In this document: positions 31,126-42,071 of the stretch, piece after piece
Position numbering within the stretch: the first letter of the stretch is position 1
Layout of the letters: each line of letters starts with the position of its first letter
IMG/VR virus record: IMGVR_UViG_3300024493_000235
Span: 1-64,000 of that record
Reading direction: 5' to 3' (one strand)
Length of the DNA stretch: 64,000 nt
Source: a virus
Taxonomy: Duplodnaviria > Caudoviricetes
Translations under genes and position numbers: made by a program
Notes under the pieces: model-generated
The model's database searches: none
Told to the model about the DNA's origin: nothing
The model's input: only the letters and a program-made list of their open reading frames with translations

Positions 31126-31911
31126 ATGGATACGAGAATTAGCTTTATGCTAGAGGTTGTACGAAAGAAGTTAGACAACCTTAAATCGCATTACAAGAGC
31201 CCCATAAAGCTCAAGAAGGATGCGTTTCGGTGGATTCCAGACGATGGAACTCCCGAAGATTTAATCGACATGGTCAACCTTTCGCTTAACGATAGCGGGA
31301 ACAAAGGCGTAGAACAAGAAAGCATAGTATACGCCTGCAAAGAAGAATTCTTATGTTCATGCGACGATGAAGCGAAAGCGGAGACCGTAAAATCGCACTT
31401 AGAAGATCCTGTCAGGATTGAACGTGCGTTTCGGTGGATACCAGATGATGGAGCCCCCGAAGATTTCAAAGCGATAGTCAAGTTAAGCCTCTTAAGACCC
31501 GAACATGCAAGATGCGACCCACAGGAAGTGGTGAGAGTCTGCAAAGAGAACTTTTTAGTTTCTCTTCGGGAACTAGAGCTTGAATTGGCAACAAAGGAGA
31601 GGGATATGTCAGGAACAACCCAAAACCCCACAGACGCGGTAACAGATGCAGCCGCGAAGACCGCTGATGCGGTAAAAGATGCCGCACAGGCAACGACTGA
31701 AGCCGCCACGCAGGTCGTCAGAAAATGGAAGATGCCGGGTTCCATCAAGACCAAAACGGCCATCATCATTGAAATCGCAGCCTTCGGCGGCGGTGTCGCG
31801 CTCGGAAGATTCGCGTTACCGAAAATCGAATCTGCGATCAAAGGAAATGGCAAGAAGGACAAACCGGCCGGGAAAGCAGCTTTCGGGGGATTCGGTTCCA
31901 CGACGTTTTAG
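31126..31911 (+). CDS. Protein with a 68-aa internal duplication fused to a GC-rich membrane segment (possible internal start 31606)
   Basis: AFRWIPDDG.PED twice (31221, 31425); in-frame AAGGAG..ATG at 31606; terminator 31962-31986. Confidence 0.55.
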   Translation: MDTRISFMLEVVRKKLDNLKSHYKSPIKLKKDAFRWIPDDGTPEDLIDMVNLSLNDSGNKGVEQESIVYACKEEFLCSCDDEAKAETVKSHLEDPVRIERAFRWIPDDGAPEDFKAIVKLSLLRPEHARCDPQEVVRVCKENFLVSLRELELELATKERDMSGTTQNPTDAVTDAAAKTADAVKDAAQATTEAATQVVRKWKMPGSIKTKTAIIIEIAAFGGGVALGRFALPKIESAIKGNGKKDKPAGKAAFGGFGSTTF

Positions 31912-32007
31912 CCAAATTCGTCAGTTTCCGGAAGCCGACGACTTTTTCCCGAAAAAGGAGAGACTCAGCAGCGAAAGCTGCTGGGTCATTTTTCTTTCTT
32001 TTTGTTT

Positions 32008-32751
32008 TTATGCGGCTATCGATATATAATCGATTTGTTTTTGCATCACTTCCTGTTCTGTAAGTTGTGATGTATTATAAAGGGCAAGACCGTCATATTG
32101 GATTAACGTGTATTTTACTTCAAGAGATTGTGGAATATTTCCAGGACATGTATTATCCCATTCTGCCAAACGTTCTAATACGAGATTTCCCGTATCTGTA
32201 AAGAATTCTTTGTATTCTTCGATATATTGTTTCCACATTCCATATACTAAAGCTGGATGTACATCAAATTCATCATGATGAATCATTTCATGACAAGATT
32301 TTGACACAGGAACTAATCCTATTAAGTTTCTGTAATGAAGAGCCATTACTTCGTCTCCAACTTTAAACTCATCGGCATATCCGTGATCTATAATATGCTT
32401 ATTGCATATTGTACGAACAATATCATCAAGTTTAAAAGGTGTATGATGAATATCTATCTGTACAGAAGCTACGGATTTGGTTGAAATATCGCTTGTTATA
32501 CCAGGAAGAAACATGCAACGGGTAAAATTCATGTTTTGTTTTAAATATCTCATGTATTGTTTGTATTCCATCGATTGACGAATGAGAGTTATCATTTTAT
32601 GCACATTGTCATTTTGGGCATCTGTAACATATGTATTATTTACAAACGAAGGAATCGATTGTAATACAATTTTTTGCATAGTATCTGTTGCAATCTTTTT
32701 TCCAACAGAATCTATCGCAAGAGTTTTATTATTTTTTTTGCATTTACACAT
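32008..32751 (-). CDS. HNH-like nuclease-fold protein
   Basis: IDIHHTPF ... LVPVSKSCHEMIHH resembles the beta-beta-alpha-Me motif; start moved to 32751 (AAGGAG RBS). Confidence 0.5.
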   Translation of the reverse strand: MCKCKKNNKTLAIDSVGKKIATDTMQKIVLQSIPSFVNNTYVTDAQNDNVHKMITLIRQSMEYKQYMRYLKQNMNFTRCMFLPGITSDISTKSVASVQIDIHHTPFKLDDIVRTICNKHIIDHGYADEFKVGDEVMALHYRNLIGLVPVSKSCHEMIHHDEFDVHPALVYGMWKQYIEEYKEFFTDTGNLVLERLAEWDNTCPGNIPQSLEVKYTLIQYDGLALYNTSQLTEQEVMQKQIDYISIAA

Positions 32752-32823
32752 TATGTACTCCTTTTTATATCGATGTTTTTGTATAAACATTTGGGTAAAA
32801 CTTTTATACAAAGGTGTTTTATT

Positions 32824-35124
32824 ATGGAAAAAAATACTATATGGGAAGACACACTTCATACTCTTCACTATGAAGAATATGAGATTATAGATGAACCTAA
32901 AAACGAATTTGGCGAGTTCAGACAAGTTCTTAAATTTACTTTATACGATTATCAAGGACAAGAAGATTTTGAGCATATCACAACAATTAAAGATGATATA
33001 GGAACGATTACGTTTACAGACGTGTGTTCTGTACACAATATACTCGAGACTTATACAAGAAGACCTTTAAGCGATTTTGACAAAGTCATTATAGAGCTTG
33101 ACGGTTCTAAAGAAGGAAAAGATATTAATCTCGATTTTTCAGCATTAACTCGCATAGAAGAATGCAAGGTATTGCACATCGTAAACACCTCTGCTGTAAG
33201 ACGATTGTTTGTAACTATGAATATGTCCGCAACTCACGATGCTGAAGGCAATGTAGAAAAAGAAGCAATGTTTGATGATGTAACATTCCTTCGCTTTGAA
33301 AATTGTGTGTTCCCACAAGGAATTAAAGCAAATGACAGAGATAAACTTATCATTGAATTTGCGGGCTGTGATATGTACGAAAACCTTATATTCTTTGATA
33401 GTAGGATTCCAGCTCCTATTTCTACGTTAAGCGTAAAATTTGAAAACTGTTCGTTCTATGATATGAAAACAATTCTTGTCAATAGGGCGATAAATTTCAT
33501 TCTTGCAGACTGCACAATGATGAACAAAAAGATACCCGATAAATATTATGAGACTGCAGAAAATCTTAACATCGGCGACTTTATTAACCCTTCTTTACGT
33601 GTTGAAAACTGCGAGAATGTGGAAGTGATAAAGTTTAGATACATTAATATGGTAACAGGTATTGAGTTCTCTAAATGCAAAAACTTTCTTATGGCAAGTG
33701 TAATAGGAAGTCACGTATTGGCAAGTAAAGCGATATCAAGAACTATAAGTGTATCAGAATGTGATTCTGTAAAAATAGCTGATATCGAAATAAACGGTGT
33801 TATAGTTGATTCTTGCAAAGATGTTAATATCGCAGGGGTTACTATATCAAGAAAAACAGCATCTCGTGCTGCATTCGGTATACAAGTAATTAGATGCACA
33901 GAAAAAATAACAATATGCGGAATAAAACCTGAAGCAGATTCTGTAATTACAGGAGTATCTGTTTCCATGTGTGAAGGGGAAGTGTCGTTAGGAGATTGTA
34001 TATTCGAAGGAATTGCAATCGGTGCTATGTTCGCAGGAATGGAAAAAGATATAACTATCGTATCCACGGTATGTACGGATATTACAGAATGTGCATTTGT
34101 TTTCAAAACATGTTTCGGTTCATCCAAACTTATCGACACCGTGATAAAAACTTCCCGTGCCGCAGTTCAAGCCACTGAAGGAGACGAGTTGCAACTAATA
34201 GGATGTACTATACACGGATTTACTTCAGATGGACCAACAAGACTCTTAAGGGATATTGCATGTAAAGCATATAAATCCTTTTCGATAGTAAAAGAGACAT
34301 ATGTCACAGGACTTTCGATATCACTTGATACTGTACAAGAATGTATATTTGAAAATGCTGTTATTGAAAGGTCGTATTTAGATAGCGACACGGTATCGGA
34401 ATTCATGCAAAAAAATGTCAAATATTCTGCAGAAGATGTTACTGTAAAAGATGAAGAATCTGCAGTGCAATTAAAATCCATTGAAAAGCTTGATATGAGA
34501 TCGTGTCTATTCGAAGATTTTTATCCGATATTTTTATATGTCGACACTGTACTTATATCAAAATCTGTATTCTCCTGCGGTCTCAGACTTGATTTCTCTG
34601 GAGATACAGATTCGGAATTCTCCGAGAATCAGATAGGGCATGACGGGTCTGCTCGTTATGCGAAAGACATTCAAGCTCTTTTCTTAACCGCATGCAAAGG
34701 ACTTACTATTTCGGAAAATACATTTTTCTCGAAAAGTAATACAACGTGTATTGATATGAGATATTGCTTTTGTTGTATCCTCAACAATGATAACACTTAT
34801 AAAAACCCTAATACTTCTATCAATGTAGTTCCAAGTGAAATCAATTGTAACCATTTCACAATGTTTACAAAAGCGTATGCTGAACTTGAGAGGTTAAATC
34901 AACCAAGTATTTCGACAACTTCGGTATTCAAAGAACTCTTGTATTTTCAAGCAAAGGCTGAATACTTACGAAGATATAGGGAACTTCCTAATTTTGAAGA
35001 AGAATTTGATGTATATGAAACACATAAAAACATCGTATCCTTTTCCAACCCTGAAGATGGCTGGGCACCATATTTCATCTCTAGTGTAAACAAAACTGTC
35101 AAAGCCATTTGTAAGTCTATATAA
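32824..35124 (+). CDS. Right-handed beta-helix repeat protein
   Basis: Repeated (L/F).FENC.F and I.V..C..V.I patterns; start 32824; late-type motif 32786-32797. Confidence 0.55.
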   Translation: MEKNTIWEDTLHTLHYEEYEIIDEPKNEFGEFRQVLKFTLYDYQGQEDFEHITTIKDDIGTITFTDVCSVHNILETYTRRPLSDFDKVIIELDGSKEGKDINLDFSALTRIEECKVLHIVNTSAVRRLFVTMNMSATHDAEGNVEKEAMFDDVTFLRFENCVFPQGIKANDRDKLIIEFAGCDMYENLIFFDSRIPAPISTLSVKFENCSFYDMKTILVNRAINFILADCTMMNKKIPDKYYETAENLNIGDFINPSLRVENCENVEVIKFRYINMVTGIEFSKCKNFLMASVIGSHVLASKAISRTISVSECDSVKIADIEINGVIVDSCKDVNIAGVTISRKTASRAAFGIQVIRCTEKITICGIKPEADSVITGVSVSMCEGEVSLGDCIFEGIAIGAMFAGMEKDITIVSTVCTDITECAFVFKTCFGSSKLIDTVIKTSRAAVQATEGDELQLIGCTIHGFTSDGPTRLLRDIACKAYKSFSIVKETYVTGLSISLDTVQECIFENAVIERSYLDSDTVSEFMQKNVKYSAEDVTVKDEESAVQLKSIEKLDMRSCLFEDFYPIFLYVDTVLISKSVFSCGLRLDFSGDTDSEFSENQIGHDGSARYAKDIQALFLTACKGLTISENTFFSKSNTTCIDMRYCFCCILNNDNTYKNPNTSINVVPSEINCNHFTMFTKAYAELERLNQPSISTTSVFKELLYFQAKAEYLRRYRELPNFEEEFDVYETHKNIVSFSNPEDGWAPYFISSVNKTVKAICKSI

Positions 35125-35146
35125 TAAATAGTGAGGAAAAGAAAAC

Positions 35147-35938
35147 ATGGAATCATCACAATTCTATATCAATAAAAATATCGAATTTCTTGTCAACAAA
35201 AGGATTTACGAATATGATATAAATAAAGCCGGTGTTACAGCTTTAAAGAACTCTGGTATTATATCAGAAGATACATATAACTTGTGGGTAAATACATCTA
35301 AAGAGCGTACAGTAAAAACAGTTGGCAGAAATCTTGCGCAGGAAATGGACATAATAAACGAAAAGATAGCTAAGGCTGTTGATACGTTTTTACGAATTAA
35401 CGAAGTACCAAAGTCTGCTGTAATATCGAAGAAGCGAGATGCGGTTTTTATATACAATAACCGAGTTCTTAAAAATGAAGTCGATGGATTCACATTTACA
35501 ATAAAACACAAATATACATCCTACTTTAAATTCGACGATTTTGAGCTATATTATAATAGCTTAAAAAATAAACTTGATATTAAAGGATTAAAAGAGGAGT
35601 TTTATGAATTGCATCTTTTAATTCCTTATATCAAAAAATGCATTAAAATGTTTGAACAGCTAGATCAGAGATATCTTAGCTACTCTGAAGTGTATTCGTA
35701 TGTACATACTCTTCGTACAAAGTACGTTACATGTAAACTTCCTACAGGTTGTTATAGAGAGTTAGCTACAGGATCTCCATTTTTAGTGTACGATAAAAAA
35801 GAAAATCAAACAATGGAATGTGCAATGATTCCAAAGGGAGAAAACTATTCCCTTGTAATCAATTACAACTTTGTAAAGTTTATCATTCCGTTCATTAACC
35901 TTTTATCACAATACAGCTTTAGCACATTTAGGAGATAG
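35147..35938 (+). CDS. Small polymerase palm-like protein (divergent)
   Basis: IYEYDINKAG and VISKKRDAVF resemble DNA polymerase motifs A and C; LDIKGL resembles the KG motif. Confidence 0.35.
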   Translation: MESSQFYINKNIEFLVNKRIYEYDINKAGVTALKNSGIISEDTYNLWVNTSKERTVKTVGRNLAQEMDIINEKIAKAVDTFLRINEVPKSAVISKKRDAVFIYNNRVLKNEVDGFTFTIKHKYTSYFKFDDFELYYNSLKNKLDIKGLKEEFYELHLLIPYIKKCIKMFEQLDQRYLSYSEVYSYVHTLRTKYVTCKLPTGCYRELATGSPFLVYDKKENQTMECAMIPKGENYSLVINYNFVKFIIPFINLLSQYSFSTFRR

Positions 35939-35943
35939 ATTCC

Positions 35944-36408
35944 ATGGAAAAAGACTTACGATATTTAACAGTTGTTGACGTAACTTTTCCTGAAATCGTT
36001 ACAGCTTGTGCATTTGGAGACATGGCATTTATGGGTAAACATCTAAAGAATATGAAATTACATAAAAATGACTTTATCCAATTATGTAGGACAGCGATCG
36101 ACATATCAAACGAAGCTGTTTTAAGATTTCTCTTAGATGCGTATTATCAATATTGGACAACCGAAGTTTTCAAAAAGTTGTACGATTACGCACGACTTAA
36201 AAAAGCATGGCAATTTTTCAGGTTTCTTGATATATACATTGACAATGCCAATGCCAAAATCGAAGCCACCGAAAAGAAACTAGAAGAACAAAGGCTCAAA
36301 GAGGAAAAGAAAAATAAAAAGAAGTACCGTAATAGATGGTATCGTTTATACAATTTTATTAAACGATATATATCCTTTGGGTTCTTTCCAGAGTTAAAAG
36401 AACGTTAA
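35944..36408 (+). CDS. Hypothetical protein
   Basis: 154-aa ORF; AGGAG RBS; terminator 36415-36445. Confidence 0.6.
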   Translation: MEKDLRYLTVVDVTFPEIVTACAFGDMAFMGKHLKNMKLHKNDFIQLCRTAIDISNEAVLRFLLDAYYQYWTTEVFKKLYDYARLKKAWQFFRFLDIYIDNANAKIEATEKKLEEQRLKEEKKNKKKYRNRWYRLYNFIKRYISFGFFPELKER

Positions 36409-36446
36409 AAAAATAACCTCCACAGCCATTTGGCTGTGGAGTTTTA

Positions 36447-36800
36447 TTATTCGTTATATTGTTTAACAGCAAACGAAAGGTTATGATTGGGACAATCTGC
36501 CATGTGAGTGTATCCGACAAGACCCATAGTAGCAAAACCGTATACAGGATATTCAAGATAATAACAATTACTTATTCGTACTATCCATGTATCAGCTTTT
36601 ATCTGCTTAATCTTTTTATAGATCGGTGCAGTTTCAGTGGCGACAGGTTCAGCATTTGCAGATACCTGTTGATTCTTGATTGCAATTTCGACTTCTCGTC
36701 TTGGTCTTTCTACGCAACTTGTAATAACCCATACTAATGCTACACAAGCGGCAATCACAACAGACAGTTTTAAATTGTAAAGTTTCTCTCTATCGTACAT
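36447..36800 (-). CDS. Membrane-anchored small protein, paralogue 1
   Basis: N-terminal TM; C-terminal WIVRISNCYYLEYP..GYTHMADCPNH. Confidence 0.65.
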   Translation of the reverse strand: MYDREKLYNLKLSVVIAACVALVWVITSCVERPRREVEIAIKNQQVSANAEPVATETAPIYKKIKQIKADTWIVRISNCYYLEYPVYGFATMGLVGYTHMADCPNHNLSFAVKQYNE

Positions 36801-36801
36801 A

Positions 36802-37095
36802 TTATTCTCCTTTATGATTAGGGCAATTTCCTATATGGGTATACCCATTAAGATATGATGTTGTAGGATATTCAAGATAATAACAACCTTCAATTTCAAC
36901 GATCCAAATTTCTGAATTAGGATTACTCTCAGATTTATACGGTTTAATCCTGCGCATATAGGTTTCAGTATCTATTTCAGGAACTGTTACCATTTCCACA
37001 TCACTCCTGTCTTTACCTTTTGCAATTAACAAAGCCTGATTTAAAACCCCATAAATGAGAATAATACTTATAACGAAAACAAAGTATTTAAACAT
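36802..37095 (-). CDS. Membrane-anchored small protein, paralogue 2
   Basis: N-terminal TM (MFKYFVFVISIILIYG); WIVEIEGCYYLEYP..GYTHIGNCPNH; AGGAGG RBS; early-type motif 37114-37123. Confidence 0.65.
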   Translation of the reverse strand: MFKYFVFVISIILIYGVLNQALLIAKGKDRSDVEMVTVPEIDTETYMRRIKPYKSESNPNSEIWIVEIEGCYYLEYPTTSYLNGYTHIGNCPNHKGE

Positions 37096-37215
37096 TTTAT
37101 TCCTCCTATCAATATGATATATAACCATATATCATTTTAACGCAGAAAGTTCTGTAAGAAAATGAATTTAACAATCATATAGACAATAGGCTATTTTAAA
37201 CAAGGAGGCGCCATC

Positions 37216-39204
37216 TTGTCAAAAAAGGTAAAAGAGAAAAGACCCAGTTTACTTTCCAAAGAGCAACCTTTTGTAGGGGTTGTATCTGTGAAATCTTTTA
37301 ATTACAAAAGCGAACTGTACACCAAATTGTATACGCATTTATACGGAAATACGCTTTTAGATTATACATACCGAATGAGAAAAATACAGTTTCGTTTTGA
37401 AGATGGACAGCTTGTAACAACCCGTGTTCGTACAGCCATCATTAACCTTATCTTTTGGAAACCGTATATCGATTCAAAACGAACAATCCCTTCTACTGCA
37501 ATGTTTGATACAAATACTATCTGTGAAGATACGATAGCTAAAAAGCTCGACGAAATCATAATGGAATTTAAGCCGTATATGACAATCGAAGAGTTGAGTA
37601 AAACCGAAATGCATATCGTAGAATCTCTTGCAACGATTTCAAAGAACTTTTGTATTATTCAAGGAAACACAATCGATGTAAGGGATATAATAGATCTTGC
37701 AAACAAGAATCCTCGCTTTGATGAACTTATTCACACAGAGTATCCTGATACTATGCCGATGGCGGATATTGAAAAAGATATCATGCTTCGTACAGAAGAA
37801 GCAAGAGATATAATCATAAACGATCATATATCAAACATACGGCCATTCTTAAACGCTGGCGGAAATGTGAATATGGGACAGATGTCTCAATGCTTGATAT
37901 CCATAGGACCAAGATCCGATATATATGGCAATATATCCCCTGTAATTGTTAACACGAATTTTATTCGTGGACTTCGTAATGTATCGGATTATTACCTTGA
38001 ATCATACTCTGCACGTAAAGCCCTTATTGCAAATAAATATGCAATGAGCGATTCAGGATACACGGCAAGACAAATGGATCTTCTTGGAATAGATGCAACG
38101 CTCGTCGACATCGAAGATTGTGGAAGTAATCATGTAATGGAAGTCGAAGTTACAAACAAGAAAGTACTTAATATGCTTCGATATAAATATTACGTGTCTG
38201 CAAAGAAGAGAGATGGAACCTATAAATATACCGAAATAGTTCCAGAGAAACACGGGGATTTAATCGGTAAGATAATATTAGTTCGCACACATGTATTGTG
38301 CAATCTTCCCGAAGGTCAATATTGCAAGAAGTGTTATGGAGAACTCGCATATTTTAATTTAGGATATCACACAAATCTTCTTGCTATGCACGCGCTGTCG
38401 GAACCTGTAGGGCAGATGGTACTTTCTACGAAACACTTAACTAAAACTCGCACTAAAGCTGTTGAATGGCCTGAAATACTATACAAATATTTCCGCTGTG
38501 AAACCGATGCGATATATCCGAAAACTGAGATATGTAACGGACAATTTGAAATCGCATTTTATACAGGGGATGTCGAAGAATATCTTAATATGTTTGAATC
38601 TAACTCTAGTGATGACGATGAAGACTCTTCTGATGGCATTCTACTCGATTATGTATCTCGTTTTGAACTTCATATAAACGGGGAAGCTATCGTATTCGAT
38701 GTTGGAGAAAATGAGCTTTATATAAATAATGAATTTTTATTAAAGCTTGTAAAATCTAATAAAGTCGAAGATGAAAAAATCTTTGTAAGCTTCTCTGGAA
38801 TTGCGGACGATTCTCCTATTTTTGATCTTAACATCGAAAACATCGAAATCACGGCATACTTAAAAAGAGTACAACGTCTTATCGGTATTAAGAACAAAAC
38901 AGTTCCACAAACAATCGAAAGCATTATAAAGCAGCTTATCGATATTATAAATGAGCTTAATATTCCGATGAACTTCGCGCATATTGAATCTATTGTGTAT
39001 AACATGGTGCGAGATCCTGCGATGCCGATACATAGGCCTAAAAATATAGGAGATCCGTATATAATCGTTCCGACATGTACGGCTATAACAATGTCAAGAA
39101 GTCTTTCAACGAGTCTTTCGTTCGAAAGAATTGGGGAGGCCCTTCGCAATACATATACATACATGAAAAACGGGCACCACTTTATGGACTCTTTTTACAA
39201 ATAA
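37216..39204 (+). CDS. rpoC: Phage multisubunit RNA polymerase beta-prime C-terminal subunit (probably non-virion RNAP)
   Basis: Bridge-helix SARKAL...SDSGYTARQ, DCGS, Zn site LCN....YCKKCYG, trigger-loop SEPVGQMVLSTKH, AHIE. Confidence 0.88.
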   Translation: MSKKVKEKRPSLLSKEQPFVGVVSVKSFNYKSELYTKLYTHLYGNTLLDYTYRMRKIQFRFEDGQLVTTRVRTAIINLIFWKPYIDSKRTIPSTAMFDTNTICEDTIAKKLDEIIMEFKPYMTIEELSKTEMHIVESLATISKNFCIIQGNTIDVRDIIDLANKNPRFDELIHTEYPDTMPMADIEKDIMLRTEEARDIIINDHISNIRPFLNAGGNVNMGQMSQCLISIGPRSDIYGNISPVIVNTNFIRGLRNVSDYYLESYSARKALIANKYAMSDSGYTARQMDLLGIDATLVDIEDCGSNHVMEVEVTNKKVLNMLRYKYYVSAKKRDGTYKYTEIVPEKHGDLIGKIILVRTHVLCNLPEGQYCKKCYGELAYFNLGYHTNLLAMHALSEPVGQMVLSTKHLTKTRTKAVEWPEILYKYFRCETDAIYPKTEICNGQFEIAFYTGDVEEYLNMFESNSSDDDEDSSDGILLDYVSRFELHINGEAIVFDVGENELYINNEFLLKLVKSNKVEDEKIFVSFSGIADDSPIFDLNIENIEITAYLKRVQRLIGIKNKTVPQTIESIIKQLIDIINELNIPMNFAHIESIVYNMVRDPAMPIHRPKNIGDPYIIVPTCTAITMSRSLSTSLSFERIGEALRNTYTYMKNGHHFMDSFYK

Positions 39205-39210
39205 GGAGAG

Positions 39211-40719
39211 ATGTCAATGGATGATCCCAGAATAGAAGTGAAACTTCAAAGATGCCGTGCGATCATCCATTGCACGGATCCAAAGTTTTTAGTTCAAAAT
39301 AACTTGCATAATTTGTTTACCGTTTTTGACTTCAAAGCCCAAAAGCTTGATATCACTAAGAGATATGCGTATGTAACATCTCAAGGCGATATCGAACTTC
39401 CTAGGTGTACTAATTTAAATAAGTTAAGATCAAAATTACAGAACCTCGGAATTTACGATTTCTCTATAATTGATGATTTACAAGGGGATTTAGTTCCGCA
39501 TAAAATGTTTGTCTCAAAAATAGATATAAGAGAAGGATTTAAAATCCGAGATGAATTTCAAAAAGAGGCTATATCATATCTTTGTTCTCCTTTACATAAC
39601 AATATGCATGTACGCCTTTTATCTCTTCCAACAGGATATGGAAAAACGTTTTGCGCAATATATGCGATGTGTTTTTATAAAATGAAAACACTTGTTATAG
39701 TTTCATCGCTTACAAAACAGTGGATACAAGAACTCCTTGATAAAACGACATGTCCGTATAATCAAGTTTTTGAAATAGCGGAAAGTATCAATACCGTAAA
39801 GGATTTAATATCCGGAAAAATAAATGCAAACAAATATTCAGTCTTTGTAGCATCAACTAGAACACTTGCTAATGCAATCGAACAGGGATTGTATTTAAAG
39901 CTTCTGTATAAACTTGGAATAGGGCTTAAGATAATAGACGAATTTCATTTTGCAACGTATACAAACAACAAGTTTGATTTAGCATATAATGTAAATGAAA
40001 CTATTTATCTTACAGCTACAGCTATGAGAAGTAACCCGGCGGAAAATTACACATTTTCTTGTGCATATCACACTCTTCCTAAATTCGGAGGAGATATTCA
40101 AGAATATGCAAAGAAATATTTAAATACAATGTGGATAATGTACAATACAAATCCGACTGTAAAAGATTTAAAATCGTGCTCATCATTTTTCGGATTTAAT
40201 ACCGTAAAATTCTGTGAGCATATTTTCTCAGATGAGCATATAGATGATATTGTATACATAATCAAATATGTGCTCGATTTAACCCTTAATAAGATAGACT
40301 CTGATGAAAAAATACTTATCATCGTGGAGCTACTAAAATACTGCTCACAACTTGTTAATATCTTACGCAAGATTTATCCTAATGTAAGTATTGGTGAATA
40401 TACGACTAACATAAAAGCAGAAGATAAGAGGGACGAACTTAAAAATCAAATCATTATCGGAACCAACGAAGGCTTCGGTCAAGGGATTGATTTTAACAAT
40501 AAGCTTCGTATGCTTATAAATACGACAACGTATAATTCCAAAATAACGGCAACACAACTTCCAGGACGCATTAGGGACATCATAGGAAAAGATTGTTGGT
40601 ATGTCGATATTGTAAATAGGGGATTTAAAAGAGTCTGGGATCATTATGTAAAGCGAAAAAAGATAATAGACAGATTCTCCAAACGTGTCGTAGTCAAAAT
40701 CGCAAGAGAGGATTTCTAA
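39211..40719 (+). CDS. Superfamily 2 DNA/RNA helicase
   Basis: Walker A LPTGYGKT, DExH IIDEFH, motif III LTAT, motif VI QLPGRIR. Confidence 0.88.
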   Translation: MSMDDPRIEVKLQRCRAIIHCTDPKFLVQNNLHNLFTVFDFKAQKLDITKRYAYVTSQGDIELPRCTNLNKLRSKLQNLGIYDFSIIDDLQGDLVPHKMFVSKIDIREGFKIRDEFQKEAISYLCSPLHNNMHVRLLSLPTGYGKTFCAIYAMCFYKMKTLVIVSSLTKQWIQELLDKTTCPYNQVFEIAESINTVKDLISGKINANKYSVFVASTRTLANAIEQGLYLKLLYKLGIGLKIIDEFHFATYTNNKFDLAYNVNETIYLTATAMRSNPAENYTFSCAYHTLPKFGGDIQEYAKKYLNTMWIMYNTNPTVKDLKSCSSFFGFNTVKFCEHIFSDEHIDDIVYIIKYVLDLTLNKIDSDEKILIIVELLKYCSQLVNILRKIYPNVSIGEYTTNIKAEDKRDELKNQIIIGTNEGFGQGIDFNNKLRMLINTTTYNSKITATQLPGRIRDIIGKDCWYVDIVNRGFKRVWDHYVKRKKIIDRFSKRVVVKIAREDF

Positions 40720-40720
40720 T

Positions 40721-41416
40721 ATGGCATATTCCCCAGTAGAATCTTGCACAAAATATGTGTTTAATATAAATGACTATCTCAAACTTTCTGTTAAAGTCAC
40801 TTTAGCCTCAAGGGATATGGGACAGAGAAGAAGAAAATTTATGGTGCAAAAAGATTATCACAGTAATTGGTATAGGGACGTATCTTCCTTATCTTCTGTG
40901 TACATATCGACACAAGATTTCCTTCTTCTTGAATCCGATTTGCCATTCTCAAAAAGAGAAAACGTACAGGATTATAGGGTACATCGCATAGCATTTTCAT
41001 ACGATAATCTTCATGTACTTTTTCAAACACTTTCAAAGGCATATACATGGCTAGCTCAAGACGGAGTTTTTAAGACCGAAGATGATAACGATTTTCTATC
41101 AGTTGTTGGGACAACAATGCCCTATGCTCGCTGTGATAGCATGCACTTAAAACAAATGAGCGACATTGTATTAACTTTATCACCTACAATACAAACAAAC
41201 GCATTTAACAAAAATGAGAGAGCCGTTCTCTTCACATTTGGAGTAAATCCTCCAGTACAAGTAACGTCAATTACGTTACACCAACTATCTTCGATACTAT
41301 ATTTTCTACAGCATTTTGATTTATGCACCTGTGCAACCGCTATTGTAAATCAGACAATAGTGGGGTTGCCATTTCTTATAAAGAAAGAGGAGATAAATAA
41401 TGATAACAAGAGCTGA
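40721..41416 (+). CDS. Hypothetical protein
   Basis: 231-aa ORF coupled to the helicase. Confidence 0.7.
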   Translation: MAYSPVESCTKYVFNINDYLKLSVKVTLASRDMGQRRRKFMVQKDYHSNWYRDVSSLSSVYISTQDFLLLESDLPFSKRENVQDYRVHRIAFSYDNLHVLFQTLSKAYTWLAQDGVFKTEDDNDFLSVVGTTMPYARCDSMHLKQMSDIVLTLSPTIQTNAFNKNERAVLFTFGVNPPVQVTSITLHQLSSILYFLQHFDLCTCATAIVNQTIVGLPFLIKKEEINNDNKS

Positions 41417-42071
41417 ACGTTTTGACAGCAGTTCGGGAAAAACATATACCGAATATTCCGGTTGGGAAATGCACGACGACTATGTCGAAATTGCAGTAAA
41501 AAATTACAATGATACTTTCTCCGTAAGGCGCATTAAGAAAGATGCCCTTAAAGATGGAGATGCGACATATTTACACGACGATCCGTATCCGTCATATGAA
41601 AGCGATAGAGTAAACGGCTTTCCAAATCCGTTCAGATACGAAAAGAGCACTGACAGCTTTGAGCATGTTAATATGCTCGAATGGGCTTTGCTTCGAAGTT
41701 GCGGCAGGTTTCTTGGTATATCTTTTAACGGCATATACACTCAACTCACTGATGATAAACACAGCGACCAGAAGTTTGATATTTCAACTTCTGAAAAACT
41801 TAGGAAATATATCCTTGAGAATACAATATTCCTTCGGCTCTTGGAAATTGAAGTTATCGAAAGGGAGCCTGATACCCCGTTTGGATATACGGCAATCATT
41901 CACGTAAAACAAGCAGGCGAATCTCTTTACAAAGTGCTTCTCGAATTAGCGCAATTCTTTACGACATTCGAGAAAACACTCAACTACAAAAAGGATATCG
42001 TCACTGTAAAATTTGACGGTTGTCCTTGCAATTGTGAGAAGGAAAATGCAGAATCTGAAAGTAGTGAATAA
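41400..42071 (+). CDS. Hypothetical protein
   Basis: 223-aa ORF, GAGGAG RBS. Confidence 0.65.
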   Translation: MITRAERFDSSSGKTYTEYSGWEMHDDYVEIAVKNYNDTFSVRRIKKDALKDGDATYLHDDPYPSYESDRVNGFPNPFRYEKSTDSFEHVNMLEWALLRSCGRFLGISFNGIYTQLTDDKHSDQKFDISTSEKLRKYILENTIFLRLLEIEVIEREPDTPFGYTAIIHVKQAGESLYKVLLELAQFFTTFEKTLNYKKDIVTVKFDGCPCNCEKENAESESSE

